The notes below the pieces were generated by a model. That model saw only the letters and a program-made list of their open reading frames with translations. It made no database searches and was not told where the DNA came from. Made by a program: the position numbers and the translations under genes. From Balanoglossus misakiensis (taxonomy: Eukaryota > Animalia > Hemichordata): DNA of 64,000 nucleotides. The stretch spans positions 2,551,060 to 2,615,059 of the forward strand of contig CM082583.2 of the NCBI GenBank assembly GCA_040954595.2. Reading direction: 5' to 3'. Each line of letters opens with the position of its first letter. Positions within the stretch are counted from its first letter, which is position 1. Shown in pieces: positions 48,649 to 63,112 of this stretch.

Positions 48649-51300
48649 TAGAATGTTTGTAAAATATGTATAATCTGCTTAGTTAATCCAACTGTAACGC
48701 GAATTAATTGCATCCTTACAGCCACGACGCAACGCCTTCATTAACATATGTAAATGAGCAATCTGATTCGACATATTTGTAAAGTATAGACATTGGCCCT
48801 TCTTATTGTGAAGTTTGTATACTTTCTGGGACATATTAACGAAGTTATGCAGATTTAAAGTTTGTTTACTTTTTGCTGTGACGAGATCATTTTCAGTGGG
48901 AAATGTCGGGAGTTTACAACGTAGCCCATGTCGAGCGTTCAGTACAGCATGTGTGTATATTGTTTACGTCCAATATGTCATGTTGATAAATTTACATGTT
49001 GGAAATGAGTTCATTTTATATCGGCCATGTAAACTAGCAAGGTACCTACCATTCTTGAAAATTTACGATGATCATCGAGATCTGCCCAAACTACGTTATT
49101 TTGGACCATTTTAGCCCTAGCGGCTGTGTGTATGCATAAAAAATCAACATAAACACAAAGTTACGTCTTAGTCAATTTTAACAATTGAGTCTTCATTGGA
49201 ACATACGTGCAACTGCAACTACATGTATCTACTAGTGGCACGTCGGTTCGTACGTCATCAGTAATTATGACTACCGGTACAAAGTATATAGGCGGTACGG
49301 TACGGTGCTTCCACACCACAACCTTTAGCAGAATAAAATACTTTAATATTTCGTCGACTGTGGTGTTTCACAAACTGAAAAACGTTGTTGAGCGACAAAA
49401 CAAACGTTTGTAAAAGTCAGTCCGATTCTTTCAACTCCAAAACCGCGTTAAACAGAGACTACAAACAGCAACTGGGATACTTCCACATTTACACGTATGT
49501 CAGTGTCGACTTCCGGGTAAAACCACACGATTTTTTTTAGCGAAAATTCTTGAAATGACCGTTACACTTGTATATTTACCAACTTTCTTTACACGGTCAT
49601 TTAAATTGTAGAAAATCCCACATTACTCTGAAATCTGTAAACCTTCCGGTGAATATCATGCAAACTGGAAGCGAAAAACTGGACATTATTTTTGACCGCT
49701 ACACTGACCTTCGGAAAATCGCCGTAATTTCAATATTCCAGGAAATAATTCCAAATCCATTCGGATGGCACGAAATAAGACATGTCAGGTGAGGTTTTCA
49801 CTATAAAAAATGCACTCTAGCGAATGTACGGCAAGTTGAAAATGCCTCAAAATATGGTCTGTGAGCGGCCATTTAAAATGTACAGGTCCTGATCTAGATA
49901 GGCGATAATATGTTAATGAACCCGTTGCGTTGTGGCTGCCTATTTGTATATAATGGAAGTTTCAAATATCTCTGTTAAGATTCTCTGAATGTGTATCTAT
50001 CAAAACTACAAAATTGTTACTCAGTCTTTCGTAAACACTGCACTTAAATCACTAACAGTGTCCTTTAATCACAACAATTTCACATGGTAATTTAAGGCAA
50101 CAATCTGTGTGTTAAAAAAAACGTCATGCAACCAATCACATACATTTAGATAATTGCTTGTGAGTGACAGGACGGAGTACTATCATCAGTGGAGATGTTT
50201 ACATAACAATCCGAGCCACGCCCATCATGTGTACAAGCCGTGATATCATGAGTCTGACTCCATGAAGCCATGCATTGTCACTCGTTTTGTTGAAACAGGA
50301 AACATGCAGCATGATTGATTTTCTTCGATTTTACTTCATATTTCTTAGAAATGTTTCTTTATGACTGCACGTCCTATGCGGTCGCATCAACATGTAAATT
50401 AATACACGAATGTCAATGCTTTTTGGATTCAATTTTTGTCCTCTGCCCTGAAAAGGTGTCGAACAACGTTTTTTCACTAATTTCTTAATTAGAAAATTAT
50501 CTTCGGCCGAACCTGGACATTTATGTGTTCATCCTAGTGTCATGTCTCCCTTCGGAGGGTAGAACACGTTCTTGGATGATGCCGGGGTGTGATGGTTGAT
50601 GTGAAGGTTGGAATTCGGGTTTGTGCATGGATGTAGCTACATTTCCAAGGTGTGAACTCGCCCGTAAGGTGTGCGAAGTTTCTCACGCACTAGGTGTGTG
50701 TATTGAAATTTGCCCCAGCGATTGACACTACAATGATCTAAAGAAGTGTGTCCGGGATTTCTGTTATCTAGTTTAGTTTGTTTGGTAGCAAGAACTTAAA
50801 AGCAATAGACTGGGGTTAATTCACGTCTCCGAAAGTTTTCGCGTCATGAAAATCGATCTATGATTTTAAAGAAATCCCAGACACACTTTATATGATAGTT
50901 ATATGATAGTTAAAACAGCTTGCATTTACGCAAATTGGAGCCGGATAACTCAAGGTGTTAACATAAAACATCGAGAAAACTTGTTTTGGAAGGTTAGTTA
51001 AATTCCTTGTCACGTGATGGCTGTGTAAAGAGTGGTCACACAGAAGTAACCAAAACGTTCCCCTAAATCCAAGCTTTCAGAAAATACATACTTTTAAGAG
51101 TGAATTTCTTACGGGTTGCACCCTTAAGTTGTTTTTCTATAATAATGTCACATGTGCATTCTATATAAACTATCAGTATATCAATGTTTACATATAACAT
51201 TGTGAGATTATTAATAAAATTAGACATGGTTTCATTTATTCGTTTCTAAGGTTTTATTTACTTAAATTTAATATTGTTCATGACTTGGACTTTGATTCAT

Positions 51301-52460
51301 CGACAATAAAGACAGACCAACTTGACGTGCAATGAACTGCAACCATTTATTAGCGAGCAAAAACAAGAGTCAACAAACAGCAAACACACACACACATAGT
51401 AAATAACAATACAATAACAATGTAACGTGTTGGCCTTATTCTCCTCTTCCTCCCTTTTCAGGGGACAAAATGAAATGTAATCAGAGTTTGGTACGTAATG
51501 AGGCATTATGCCAAAAATGGAGCAAAAATAATCTCCTATTAAACAGACCACAAAACTCAATTAGTCAAAAACACCATCACAAAGTCGCAAAAACTCAATT
51601 TATTAATAGTATATTAATACTCAAATTTACAAAATTCACACCAAAAATTAAGAAATATCATCAATGAGTTGCACGAAAGCGGGCGGCGCTAGGCTCTCAC
51701 CTGTCAGAGGCAGTATTATGGCCTATATTTAAACAGTACATATGTAATTATCCAGTCTCCAGATTCTTGCCATGATGGTGGTTTCCTAATTCTCGAGGAT
51801 CGACGTAACTCTTTCACTGGGGACGTATTTTTTGTCGCTGTTGTCCTTGCATGGTGGTGATAGCAGTGGTGGTGGGCTATTTAGTGGTGCCGCTTTAGTC
51901 AATTCAGCATTTGGTATGTCCGAAAAAACTGGTGAGGTATTGCTGAATGTGTAATATGTGTTGACTCTGTCGGTGTAAGCGGCAGAAGAGATTTTGGCAC
52001 GGTTGGACTTGTTTCTTCCATGGGAGCTGCATCGGTAGCATCGTCATCATTTCTCTTGTCAAGTCCTCTGATTGGACCTGACTGTAACAATACAGTGGGC
52101 CTGATAGGATAACAGTCTGAAAGCTTGACGTCATACAACTTCGAGCGTAACTGTGAGATTATACTGGTCACCAGATATTTATCCCTGGCACGGGTTTTAG
52201 CTCTTTCTCTATACAGGTAAATAAAATCCCTAAATTGTAAGTTATTGTTTGCCATAACTGTTTTACCATGGGCTTTGCTTTAGGAACTTGATGCATGATT
52301 TTTGTATCCTACCGCTGCCTCCACGGCAATAAAGACAAGCCAACTTGATGTGCAATGAACTGAAACCATTTATTAGCGAGCAATAACAAGAGTCAACAAA
52401 CACCAAACACACACACTTAGTAAATAACAATACAATAACAATGTAACTTGTTGGCGCATA
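51301..52460 (-). mobile_element. Miniature, internally deleted LTR retrotransposon (probably Gypsy-like)
   Basis: ~135-bp direct repeats 51301-51438 and 52324-52460; PBS tggaggcagcggtaggat (52323-52306); PPT aaaagggaggaagaggaga (51458-51440); residual ORF 52255-51899. Confidence 0.75.
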
Positions 52461-55039
52461 AATTATCCCTGGTAAGGATATAAAATAGGTAAAAGTAAAT
52501 AAAAACGAGTTTAATGATCATTCTCAAATCAAAGTTACTAATCTTAATTTCAATTTAGCCAAGAATGCTAAGCATCAGGTGCGAACAAAATGTGGAGAAA
52601 ACAGTGTGTTTTAGTGTTTTCTAAAAATGACCTTTTTGGGACTAAAAGAGGCTAAAATGGCAATTTTGTATTCAGTGGGGGTCAAAAAGACTGACTTTTT
52701 AGAATCAGCGCCATTGTTTACATAGAATGGACTTCTCAAACCTTCCTTACCAAAAATTCTGATTAAATGCACCTATCTCCTTGGGTAAACCTAACAATTA
52801 CGAACTGTGGACACTTCAACTTATAACTCAGTTCACACATCGGTAGATCAAAGTTTTCAGCTTATCACAACAACTTAGCACGGGTAACGACATGTTGACG
52901 AATTCTCAATAAAGAATTGGACGATCAACACATACATTTTGCTACAGCTACTGCCCGCAACTTTCCGCGACAGAGTTTTGTGTGTGCTCACAGAAGCTTT
53001 GGGTATGGCCGTCAGCCTCCGTAGTTTAGCTAACTGCTACCACAACAACACGTGTGCAATAATAGCTGCGATGAAATTGACAAGTATTCTTGTTACAAGT
53101 TAATGTTACCTTTAATATGTAGCTGCTTTCTTTAATACTGATTTAGTAGTTTTGCCGATACTGACTGCTAGGTCGATGGTGTTCGGTGTATTAATTTCTT
53201 ATTTTTGTAGTGTTCATGCATGTGACAAAAAGTTGTACCTTTCCAGTCTTTACGCGTGGATTTAGTAAGTTCAGTGACGTGAACGTTGGTTTCACCGCCA
53301 GATATTTGCACAAAAGCAACGTAAGTCACGGTTAAATCGATCATCATTATCGATACTTTATGCAGCCTTAAATGTAACGAATTCCTGTGTTATGATCAAG
53401 GCATTCTTGGCGGGTTGAAGCCAACTAAGTGAAGTAATAGAATCATGTTTAGATTTGCTAATTTCAATCACAATAAAATGAAATAACCAATCTGTTTTTG
53501 CAAGCCTATAAACTTGCGCAGTAAATTCATTGGCTCTATCTTTCAGAAACTGTCAATCATACTACTAATTTATTCACGCAACTAGGGATGACTTCTCGCG
53601 AACAAAACATGTCGGTTGTTCTTTTGAAATGGGCGTATCGCATATGTTAGATTGTACCCAACTGTAGGTAGGTCATGTAAGTGGCGGTAATGTGATAACT
53701 CAGGTATGTCAGGTTATGAATATTAAAGAGTTTTACAATTACGGACACCTCTAAATAACGGATAACAACTTAGCAAGTAGTGGGTTTGAGTCTTCCCAAC
53801 AACCCGTGGTACTTAAGGTAATATATTATACGAATATCTCGTGAACACTTCACATGAACAATTCAGACCCTTCCCCACACATAGCAGAAATTAATCCGTT
53901 TTGGAAGTGAATAAGGTGCTACTGCTAAGGTTTGATGCTGGAGGCGGGAATCTCACACTATCATCATGATCATCTATACACTTTCCTGGCTATCCAAAAC
54001 GTTACTGGGAAAACGTGTGTACTTACAATTACACACCCGGGATATCATTCCGCCTCTAATGGTTATACTGTGTGTGCGTGGACCCAGAGTTCGAAAACTT
54101 AGCTATTTCAGGTTTCACTTTTGTTAGGAATCTTGGATGGTTCACTTGCACTTATGCGCGCCTTGCAGATTTGACGTCAATTTCGTTGATAGTGCCTCAA
54201 AGGTCAGTGATGAGACCTTATAAATGAGTTTTTGGCTTCAAGGCTCAAGCTTTATATTGTATTGCGTTGTTATTGATTTCATCGATTTCATTTCATGAAG
54301 CCTGCATTACGCGTTACTCTTCTCTCGCACACTTCGTATTTGAGATCTTCGGGGCAGATTTGAAGCTTGCCAATTACAGCAGGAAAAGGGCAAGAGGTGA
54401 TTTACGTTTGTAAGTCAGTTTATGTTCCATCAATAATTAATTCATCCATGACATTAGTGATCCTAATGGCTGATTGAAATCACGAGGAGGACAGCTATGA
54501 TATATGTATGTCTCTGTCAAGTAGTTTAAGCAGATTGGCCACATCTTTGTTAAAGTGTAGATCACTTGAACATGGAGAACGTCATAGTGTATAAATGACC
54601 GAGTCATTTGAACGGTATTATCGACACAGTTTTCGTATGAAGTTGTTTATTGGCAGCCCAGTCTCCATTTCAAGGCGGCCAATTAATTATGCGCTCGGTT
54701 TTGATGAAAGATACAAGATAGGGGCTACAGCATTGGATACAAGCGAACGAAAGGTAGTGTAGGTACGCGAGAAAAAACATACGCGAAATAAGTGGTTCCA
54801 TATCAAGCTCATAAAAGTAGATAGTTTGAAAACATAATTTTTATTAATTTGTATTTTGTAATACATTCCACCAGTTCTTGCATAAATTTAAAATTACTTT
54901 GTAACTTATTAGGATCTAAACAGTTTTGGAACGGCGGGTAATACTTATGGAAGGCGGTTTATTAGAACTAAAATGTGTTTTTACTTTGGCTTGCTATTTT
55001 TAACTTCTAATTTGACTTTTTATCATATCTAAAATAGTT

Positions 55040-55590
55040 TGCTCAACTGTGGAAAGCATTTGGGCTACATAGTGTCGTCTTCTGGAGATGACAACAATGA
55101 CATTCAGAGACAGTTAAAGTGTATGTATGCCAGAGCAAATTATATCATCCGCAACTTCAGCCATTGTTCTTATGAAGTCAAAATGTTCTTATTAAAACTT
55201 TTATGTACAGTGTTTTTTGCCTTAATATCTGAAGTGATTACAGTGTTAAGGAGATGAACAGTATGCGGGTTGCTTACAATAACTCGATGAGAATAATTTT
55301 TCAACTTAAATTTGCATGTAGTATCAGCAACACCTGTGTACAGAGGAACATTCTGAATTTTTCCTCACTTCAACGCCAGGCTCTTTTTAAATTCAGGGCA
55401 CGCCTGTTCGATAGTGAGAACTTTTTAATTCGTTGTTTTTTAGACTCGGATTCGTTGTTGTTTTTTATCTTTTGGGAAATATTTTGTTGTCCCTTTTTTA
55501 TTCTCTGTAACTTTATGAAGGTTGTTTGTTTGATATGGGCAGAATTGCCTGAAATAAACAATTATTATTATTATTATTTGTATTATTATT
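55040..55590 (+). mobile_element. Frameshifted non-LTR retrotransposon 3' fragment (RTE-X-like by motif)
   Basis: HLGY..DDNNDIQRQLKCMYARAN..RNFSHCSYEVK / RVAYNNSMRII..FRARLFDSEN; aataaa then (TAT)n tail. Confidence 0.75.
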
Positions 55591-56357
55591 TCCGATCGAA
55601 GAGATTTAATTCAGGAGACATGTCATAATTGACAGCGTCACTTGATCAACACAAACCACATGGCAAGCTAAGCATATGGGTATATATTTAACAACCGAAG
55701 GTTCCGTTTTGTCTGGTTTCGCGTTTAGTAGGAGACAGTTTAATTTATGTTGTGATGTACATGTAAAACGCCCCATACATTTTTTTCTGGAATGCCCTTA
55801 GAACATTCATCGTTGGTCAGTGATATTAATTAATATATATATATATCCCTTATTGTATGCAAAAGATACAGACGTGGTGTTAAACTGAAATAGATAAATT
55901 TGAAAGTGTGTCATGTCAAAAGTGATAGGTCGTTTATAAATTTGCAGACCATAGATTGTGTCAGACTATTATTTATTATTATTTCCGATCGAAGAGATTT
56001 AATTCAGGAGACATGTCATAATTGACAGCGTCACTTGATCAACACGAACCACATGGCAAGCTAAGCATATGGGTATATATTTAACAACCGAAGGTTCCGT
56101 TTTGTCTGGTTTTGCGTTTAGTAGGAGACAGCTTAATTTATGTTGTGATGTACATGTAAAACGCCCCATACATTTTTTTCTGGAATGCCCTTATAACATT
56201 AATCGTTGGTCAGTGATATTAATATATATATATATCCCTTATTGTATACAGAAGATACAGACGTGGTGTTAAACTGAAATAGATCAATTTGAAAGTGTGT
56301 CATGTCAAAAGTGATAGGTCGTTTATAAATTTGCAGACCATAGATTGTGTCAGACTA
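55581..56357. repeat. ~390-bp tandem duplication (55581-55968 / 55969-56357)
   Basis: tattattatttccgatcgaagag..attgtgtcagacta twice with few substitutions. Confidence 0.95.
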
Positions 56358-57027
56358 AGCGATGTTGATCATACGCCCTGTGAAACGCTTTTGAGTCAGT
56401 GGTCGTCACAGTATTCCCACGGGTCATTAGAAGAAATGCAAGTCGATATCAACCAATACGTCACCATGTACAAGTTACTTGTGGTTGCATGTATCATTCC
56501 TGTGCATGACGAGATGAACACTAGGAGAATTTGCATGTAAAGGTCAGGTGCCGACGGAGACACTAGTTTTACGCCTCGTGTAGCTGTGAAAGCTTGACTC
56601 ACCACAGCGTTTCTAAGCACCAAGGCCTGAAGTATAGGTAAGTGACATTAAAGCAAGGTTTTCAGTGTAATATTGAACGAAATATAGTCATTTCTCCCGT
56701 AGATAATGTGGAACGGCTGTCTTAAACCACTCTTTAAGCCTATTTTAAGATATTCTAAGCCTCAATTTCCGACACGGCGAAAATATTTATTCTGCAGTTA
56801 AGGCTAATACTTCTTGTAGTCACACGCTTACTAGTGGAGAAGGTGAATCTGACTGGGTGGGTTCAACTATTTCTAACATGCTGCAGCTTTTGACTATTCA
56901 CTATGTTACGGATGGCGACATTTCTTTTACACACAGTGGTGACATTACAAGCTGTGCAAATTTTCTCGACCGTACAGCAAACAGTAGTAAACCTGCCAAT
57001 CAGTGCGGGGAGTTAAATTTTATTATA

Positions 57028-57505
57028 TTATATCATGCTACCGTCCGCCATTCTGATTGGACGAGAGCGATGGTAAAATACTGTTTACCATTGCTTGCAG
57101 TGGTAAAACGGGCCCCTGAACTAGCATGCAGCAGGCAAAATGTGTGGTTAAACCAATTAAGTACAATGTAACATAAAAAACACTTGAATTTTACGGACGT
57201 TTTATTTTGGAACTGCTCTGCTCTGAATATTTTGCACTTTTGTCGCTTTTTGTCGTCTGCTTCATGTGTAATGCTCGATCCCGGGCCGCTCGTGTTTACA
57301 TTCATCGTCGCCATGTTGGTTCACGATCGTAACTTCTTTTTCTGACGACGTTTTGTTAAGAAAATGACACTGATATGCTACAAAATCAATTGTTGATATT
57401 ATAATAGCAATAACCCCCGCCTCAGTCGGGTGTAGACTCGATTTTATGTCTCGAGTTGTACCAATATCTCGTGTATACCCGCCTGCGGCGGGGTTTATTG
57501 CTTAA
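57028..57505 (-). mobile_element. Diverged relative of the 25992-26305 palindromic element
   Basis: tgattggacgaga near the left end; tataatagcaataa..tttattgcttaa terminal palindrome 57406-57502. Confidence 0.6.
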
Positions 57506-60500
57506 TTTTAAATCCAGATTCATATTAAGTTGTTCGACGAAAGATTACCTGTTTTATGTGTTGTATTTTTCACAGTTTGCGTGTTAGAAGGTAGTGTTCA
57601 GTTCTTTCTGTATGTTAAGGTAAACTACGATGCTACTGACAGGTATTACAGGCCATGAATTACTAACTCTAACTCCAATTCCATGTTGTTTTTATCGCAT
57701 ACTACATTTAGCTTCAAACTGGCAAATTATTCTCGGATATTATGCATGTAACAGTGGTTTATGTATATAAACTCTCAACAACTCAAACCGGTTAAGTACT
57801 GGCAATTATTCATTTCACTGCTAGTGTTACACCTCACCCTTGGGACGTTTACCTAGTTGGAGCTTCTGTGGGAAATTAGCTACGTCCGAGGGCTGAGAAT
57901 GTACAATCTTTCGACCTTCTCCTCCCAACATATTCATAGACAGCGAGAGTTACCCGACAGATCGTAAACCTTTCGTAGACAGAGACAGCTTTCCGAGTTT
58001 CACAAAGTTCTGGTTTATTACTGATCACCCGAAAGTATAACACAGCTGCCAATGGCTGTTTCCTCCCATAACGCTGTGAAGTCAAGACAAGCCAAGAAGT
58101 GAAGTGAAGTACTCAAATATACAACCGTCAAATGTTAACTCATGAGAGGAGTAGGTCATATAAGTATTTCTTACACATGAACGCATGATATATCTGTGAA
58201 ATCTCGTTTTGACATGTATCAATACACAATCATGATCACCCCGGGTCAAGTATCTATGTCAACACTGCATTAAAGCATATACAGGTGAATGACTATTGAT
58301 GTTATCACACTAAAGGTCTATGAGAGTTAAAATTCCGTGGTGACACAATGGGTGGAGTGTCACACCAGTCTCATCCGGTGTAGCACCGAAGCTGGGCCTG
58401 GGCCAGAGTAGAAAATCATATGTGGACACGTTAAGTCAGCCCAGGGCCGACTTCGCTTGGTCCCGGTAGGAAGGGAGTCAGGGCCAACGTAAAATCCGTT
58501 CAGACATAACTTCGCTGATCCTTTACGTGGAAGGCCGAACACTGGTTATTTCTTCACCGCCGATTTACATGTACCGCTCATCCGGTAAATAGTTAAGATG
58601 TCTCTGATCATTAATTATATGGTGAGTGGATGTCATATTTTCCTTCTTGTGCGTACAAAGAAAATCCGCCAATTTGAACTTTGGCAGGACAGAGGTCACA
58701 AAGGGTGGCAAATCTGAGTCGGCCCAAATTCGGGTACCAGTTAAGTTTGAGGGCGGCCATAACCTGTTCCCCAAATGACAGTTACTTTGTGTCGCCTTAG
58801 ATTTAAGTCGGGTTGATTGATGTGAACATGCATGACATATTGGTAACTCATTTTGACGTGGCCACGAGGTCAACTCATGATTGTTATCACATCAAGCACC
58901 TGTTCATATATGTCATAAAATCGTGTGATACGTCAATCTTCACACTGATGATATTCAAAACTGCCATATCAAATGAACACTTCTGTAGTTTGTAACAGTT
59001 GAGCATTTGAACAGTGACTGAAATTATCTTCTGTCTTAAGGTATTTTCGAGTTCATTCTATTTTGCTTAAATAAACCAAGAGCGTTTTCAAGTTAATTTC
59101 TGTCTGCTCTATTACTTTGTAAATTACAAACAATTAGAGCTTTATAGAAGATCAAGTCGACTACAGCACCAGTTATTGGTATTTTATTATATCAACATAC
59201 GTTCCTCTGCCGTTTAAACGTGGTCTTCTCTGAGTCAGTAATTGTTGTACATTTACACAAGAGCATGAGTTTTCCTTTATTGGTTTCCGCAATATTTGTT
59301 TTTGTTTTTATGTAATTAAACCAATCGGATAGAGACTTTTTTACAGGAACCGTAAAACAACTAAACGGGTAGAATGAATATACAAGTTAAACACCTCAAA
59401 TAAAACGATAAACCGAAGTAAACCGCGAGAAAAATGCATAGTTAAACCTCGAATGTAACCTCAGGGGCCAATTTAGCAATGTTTTGTCGATAACTAAGTA
59501 TTGAGTTCGCGTCAAATTATAATGGCGCATGGATATTTGTCATAATTTTGCGGCAATTAGGTTTGTAGGTCCCCTGTCAGCATGTGATAATCTAAGACAG
59601 ATTTGTTCAATTTATGATGCCATCTGCAATATTGTATTTTGCCATTCTCAGATATTGTCTGGTCGATTGATTTGATAATTTAGTAAGAAACGATTGCATG
59701 CTAATTGTGGGTGTTATATATTTGGTTCCTTTAGTGAAAAGTACTTTTATCAGAATCCAATGTCAAACCACATCTTCTCTGAGATAATCTGATTGTAATG
59801 CAATTTCCAAATTTATAATTTGGGTAATTTTTGGTTGAATTTCGTCCAGAATATATTTGAAGTTCAGTTTTTTAGATCTCCGTTGATCCAAACTCTGGGT
59901 ATTTTGAAAGATGTTTGACCCAATGATCACTTTGCGTGCAAAGTATTGTATTTAAAAAAATAGAACAAATTTTGGAAGGTCTTAACAGAACTGAAAGGCC
60001 GACGATCGTCTTTTTCTCACTCGCCCTCATATATGAAGTTTTTCAACCCTTAAATCCAATGTGGATGCATAGACACGTTATTTAATCTCTCCCTTATATC
60101 TGCAAATAAATGCCATCAAATGTGGATGTCGTCAACGTTTGTCGAACGATGGATCGAAAGAGAACGATTGAACACTCTATGCATCATTTCCCGGGAGATT
60201 TCCTTGGTTTGGCTCGCCGACTTGATAAAACAGAAAATTCCGTGTTAGAAAATGAGATATTATAGCACCATACACTCTTATACTTATACAGTGTGTGTTA
60301 TTTTGAATTAAATAGTTAGTGACCTCTGAAAGCAACCGGCACATATATAACTAACAATGATTTTGAATATGTAATCTGTACATGTACACACATGGGTGAC
60401 GCCTATTCAATTATTAATCGAAATTGGACTATGACAGCGTGTTGCTTCACCAAGTAAACAATATACTCAAAATTCAATTTTGTATAGCGCAAATGTGTGT

Positions 60501-62854
60501 TATAATCATTAGAATTCTTTAAATATGCAAATATATAGTTTACCAGAACTTATCATGTTTCATCAGTTTCCTCATATGTATATTTATGTGAGTTTAATCA
60601 TTGTGCTTTGGAGTAAAAATGTCTTCAATGTATTTCCAGTAACAATGTTGGAGTTTTTTACAAGATGTTTCATTTCTTTAAACCGAATAACATGATAAGG
60701 GTGAGGATTTTCCATTTTCTTGTACAAACCTAATCCATGCACTGTTTCTTAAAGGGACTTCTTAAAAAGTGGCAACAAGCAGCGTACATGGGGTTTAAGG
60801 CGTTCTCTTCAGAAATCAACCGCACCTGTCCTCTTTCAATACAAGAAAAAGAGCAACAGCCCGTCTTTAATTTCATCAGCATACTAGTATAAAGCTCATG
60901 AGAAAGAGACACAACGCCAAACAAGTACATTTCAATTTTGAATCTCTGTCATTTCAAATTGTACTATGCCTGTTTTCACTTATAAACATTTGCTAATTTC
61001 CGCACAAAATGAGAAGTACCTTCCACCAAATGAAATCGTGAAAGATATAATGGTTAAAAATTTTATGAAAAGCAGTCTCACATTGTTCTGTATTTGTTGC
61101 GGCAATATTTAGTACAGGTAATTGTACGCGTTAGTGTTATCCAAAACTATTTTAGTTTAAAACTGTAATAACACATAGGCCTACAAAATCATACTTATTA
61201 TTTCTCCCGGAAAGAGATAGGAGCTGCCCACCGGCTGAAAATCGATACTTGTTGAGTCTAGTAGGACAGAAAAGCGAGAAAACTTATTCATAATTTTAAT
61301 GTCCGATGACTTTATTACATACAAAGCTAGGGTTTCGGCCTATCGATGTATCCGTCTGGACTGGCTGTCACTAGTGTGACGTCCCAGATTTCTTTGATTC
61401 CAGATTACCCTTTCCTGATTCACAAGAAATACATGCCCGAGAAATCTTATATTTGGTTGTTCCCAAAACAGGATATTTTTTAACAACTGAAGCCTTCATA
61501 GAGTTTATAGGAACAGCACCAACAAAATACCACACTCACACAGGGTTAGACACACTCACGTATGGTTTACTGTATGTAGGAAAGTCACATCGACTGGGTG
61601 ATATGCACATAAAATAATACACATAAAGGCGGAAAAATTGGCTTGGAGATATAGCTTTATTGACTGGATGGGTGTCATATCAAAAACTGTGGACATGATA
61701 ATTCTGTTGGGAAAACACGTATCAGCGAAGGTGGAATTTATCAACGTTTTATAAACAGTCGTCACAAATTGAATGAATTTGCGCAGTATGCCATTCGCGG
61801 GAAATAAACATAGATTTGATAGAGCTACTATCCTACTTTCAGGACAAAAATTAAAAATCACAGTTTGCATCAAACATCGAATTGATATCATGGCTTATAT
61901 ATAGAATTCGGCGAGTCTTTATGCCCGTGTTCACACTTTCCCCGCTGCAGTTTGAGCGTACTGTGTCACGTGATTTCCGCATTTAGTATTAAAATAGAAG
62001 AATAGTCATTTTCCTTGTGGAGTAAGAATAAGTGAGATTTCTTATTTTGAGGGCTCGCGTTGGATTTCTGTGAAGAGCTATACAATGATTTGATACGCTC
62101 ACCTTGAGATGGGACACCCGTTGTTATGGGCCTTTGGAGGACAGTACACTCAGTTTTAAACGAAACCACCATGAATTACGTCCGACCAGGGGATTGGAAC
62201 TAATTGAAAATACGCACGATTGTCCGGGTAATGTCTCAGGGTGGAATAGTAGTCTGGTTCCCTGCCCCATTCCCACCGCAGTACACTACAACTTTGTTTG
62301 AAAAACGCTGTAACTATAATTTAACTGTTTACACCATGCGCAGAAACCTGCGTAAACAACCAACATGATTGAGGCACGATATTCCTTAAGCTGGAAGGTG
62401 GTACCTAAAGAGAGGTTTGGCCATGTATATCATCACCATCATCATCACCATGTTTATCCCAGTACTACTGCCCACCGGCCAAAAGTATATAGACAACAGC
62501 AACAACAACGATGATGATGAGATTTCGGCTTGATTTGACAGATATATAAAAAAATCTTACTAAAAGGGACAATGTCTCTCTTTTTGATGTCTAACTTCAT
62601 CAAATACGTATTACTTGAAGAATACCGTGAACTATGTTTTTACCCTTTACCCTAAGATCGAATTGTCTGACCGTACGTGCGATTTGAACGAGCCGCACAA
62701 TCAACTACTAGTACTATACCACGATCAGGAACTTGCGACCCGAGCCGACATTGCATTTCTAACGCCAAACAGCGTTTGATTTAATTCCACGTTGTATTTC
62801 CGAGAAAATATCTTATCTGACATTCAGTTTTCCGGGCTCGTTTACGTTTCGTGC

Positions 62855-63112
62855 TGATGCAATGAGTTGTTGGTGACGTCGTTTTCGTTTGCAGACTGTT
62901 GCGGTTCTATTGGTGGCTGACATTTTGAATGCCACCTGCTATGTAAATGAGGTTTATATAAGTAGCGGTGAAAGTTTGTCCGCACTCATTCAGCCCAAAG
63001 TGGTGCTGTACGGACGCGGGTTTCAGCGTCGTACACGTATGGTTAAATTTTGTCGTTTCGTTGAGTCAACGTCAGCAGCTTCGGTATCACCCCAAAGGCG
63101 TCACTATCTGAG
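62855..63112 (+). promoter_or_regulatory. Candidate Pol II promoter and first exon (TSS ~62988, donor at 63113)
   Basis: TGATGCAAT 62855, TGACGTC 62874, ATTGG 62909, TATATAAG 62955, Inr-like TCATTC 62986, GAG|GTAAGC; locally CpG-rich. Confidence 0.5.

Noticed and set aside
58360-58873. GC-richer patch with short ORFs
   Set aside because: No motif, splice chain or defined termini that I could support.
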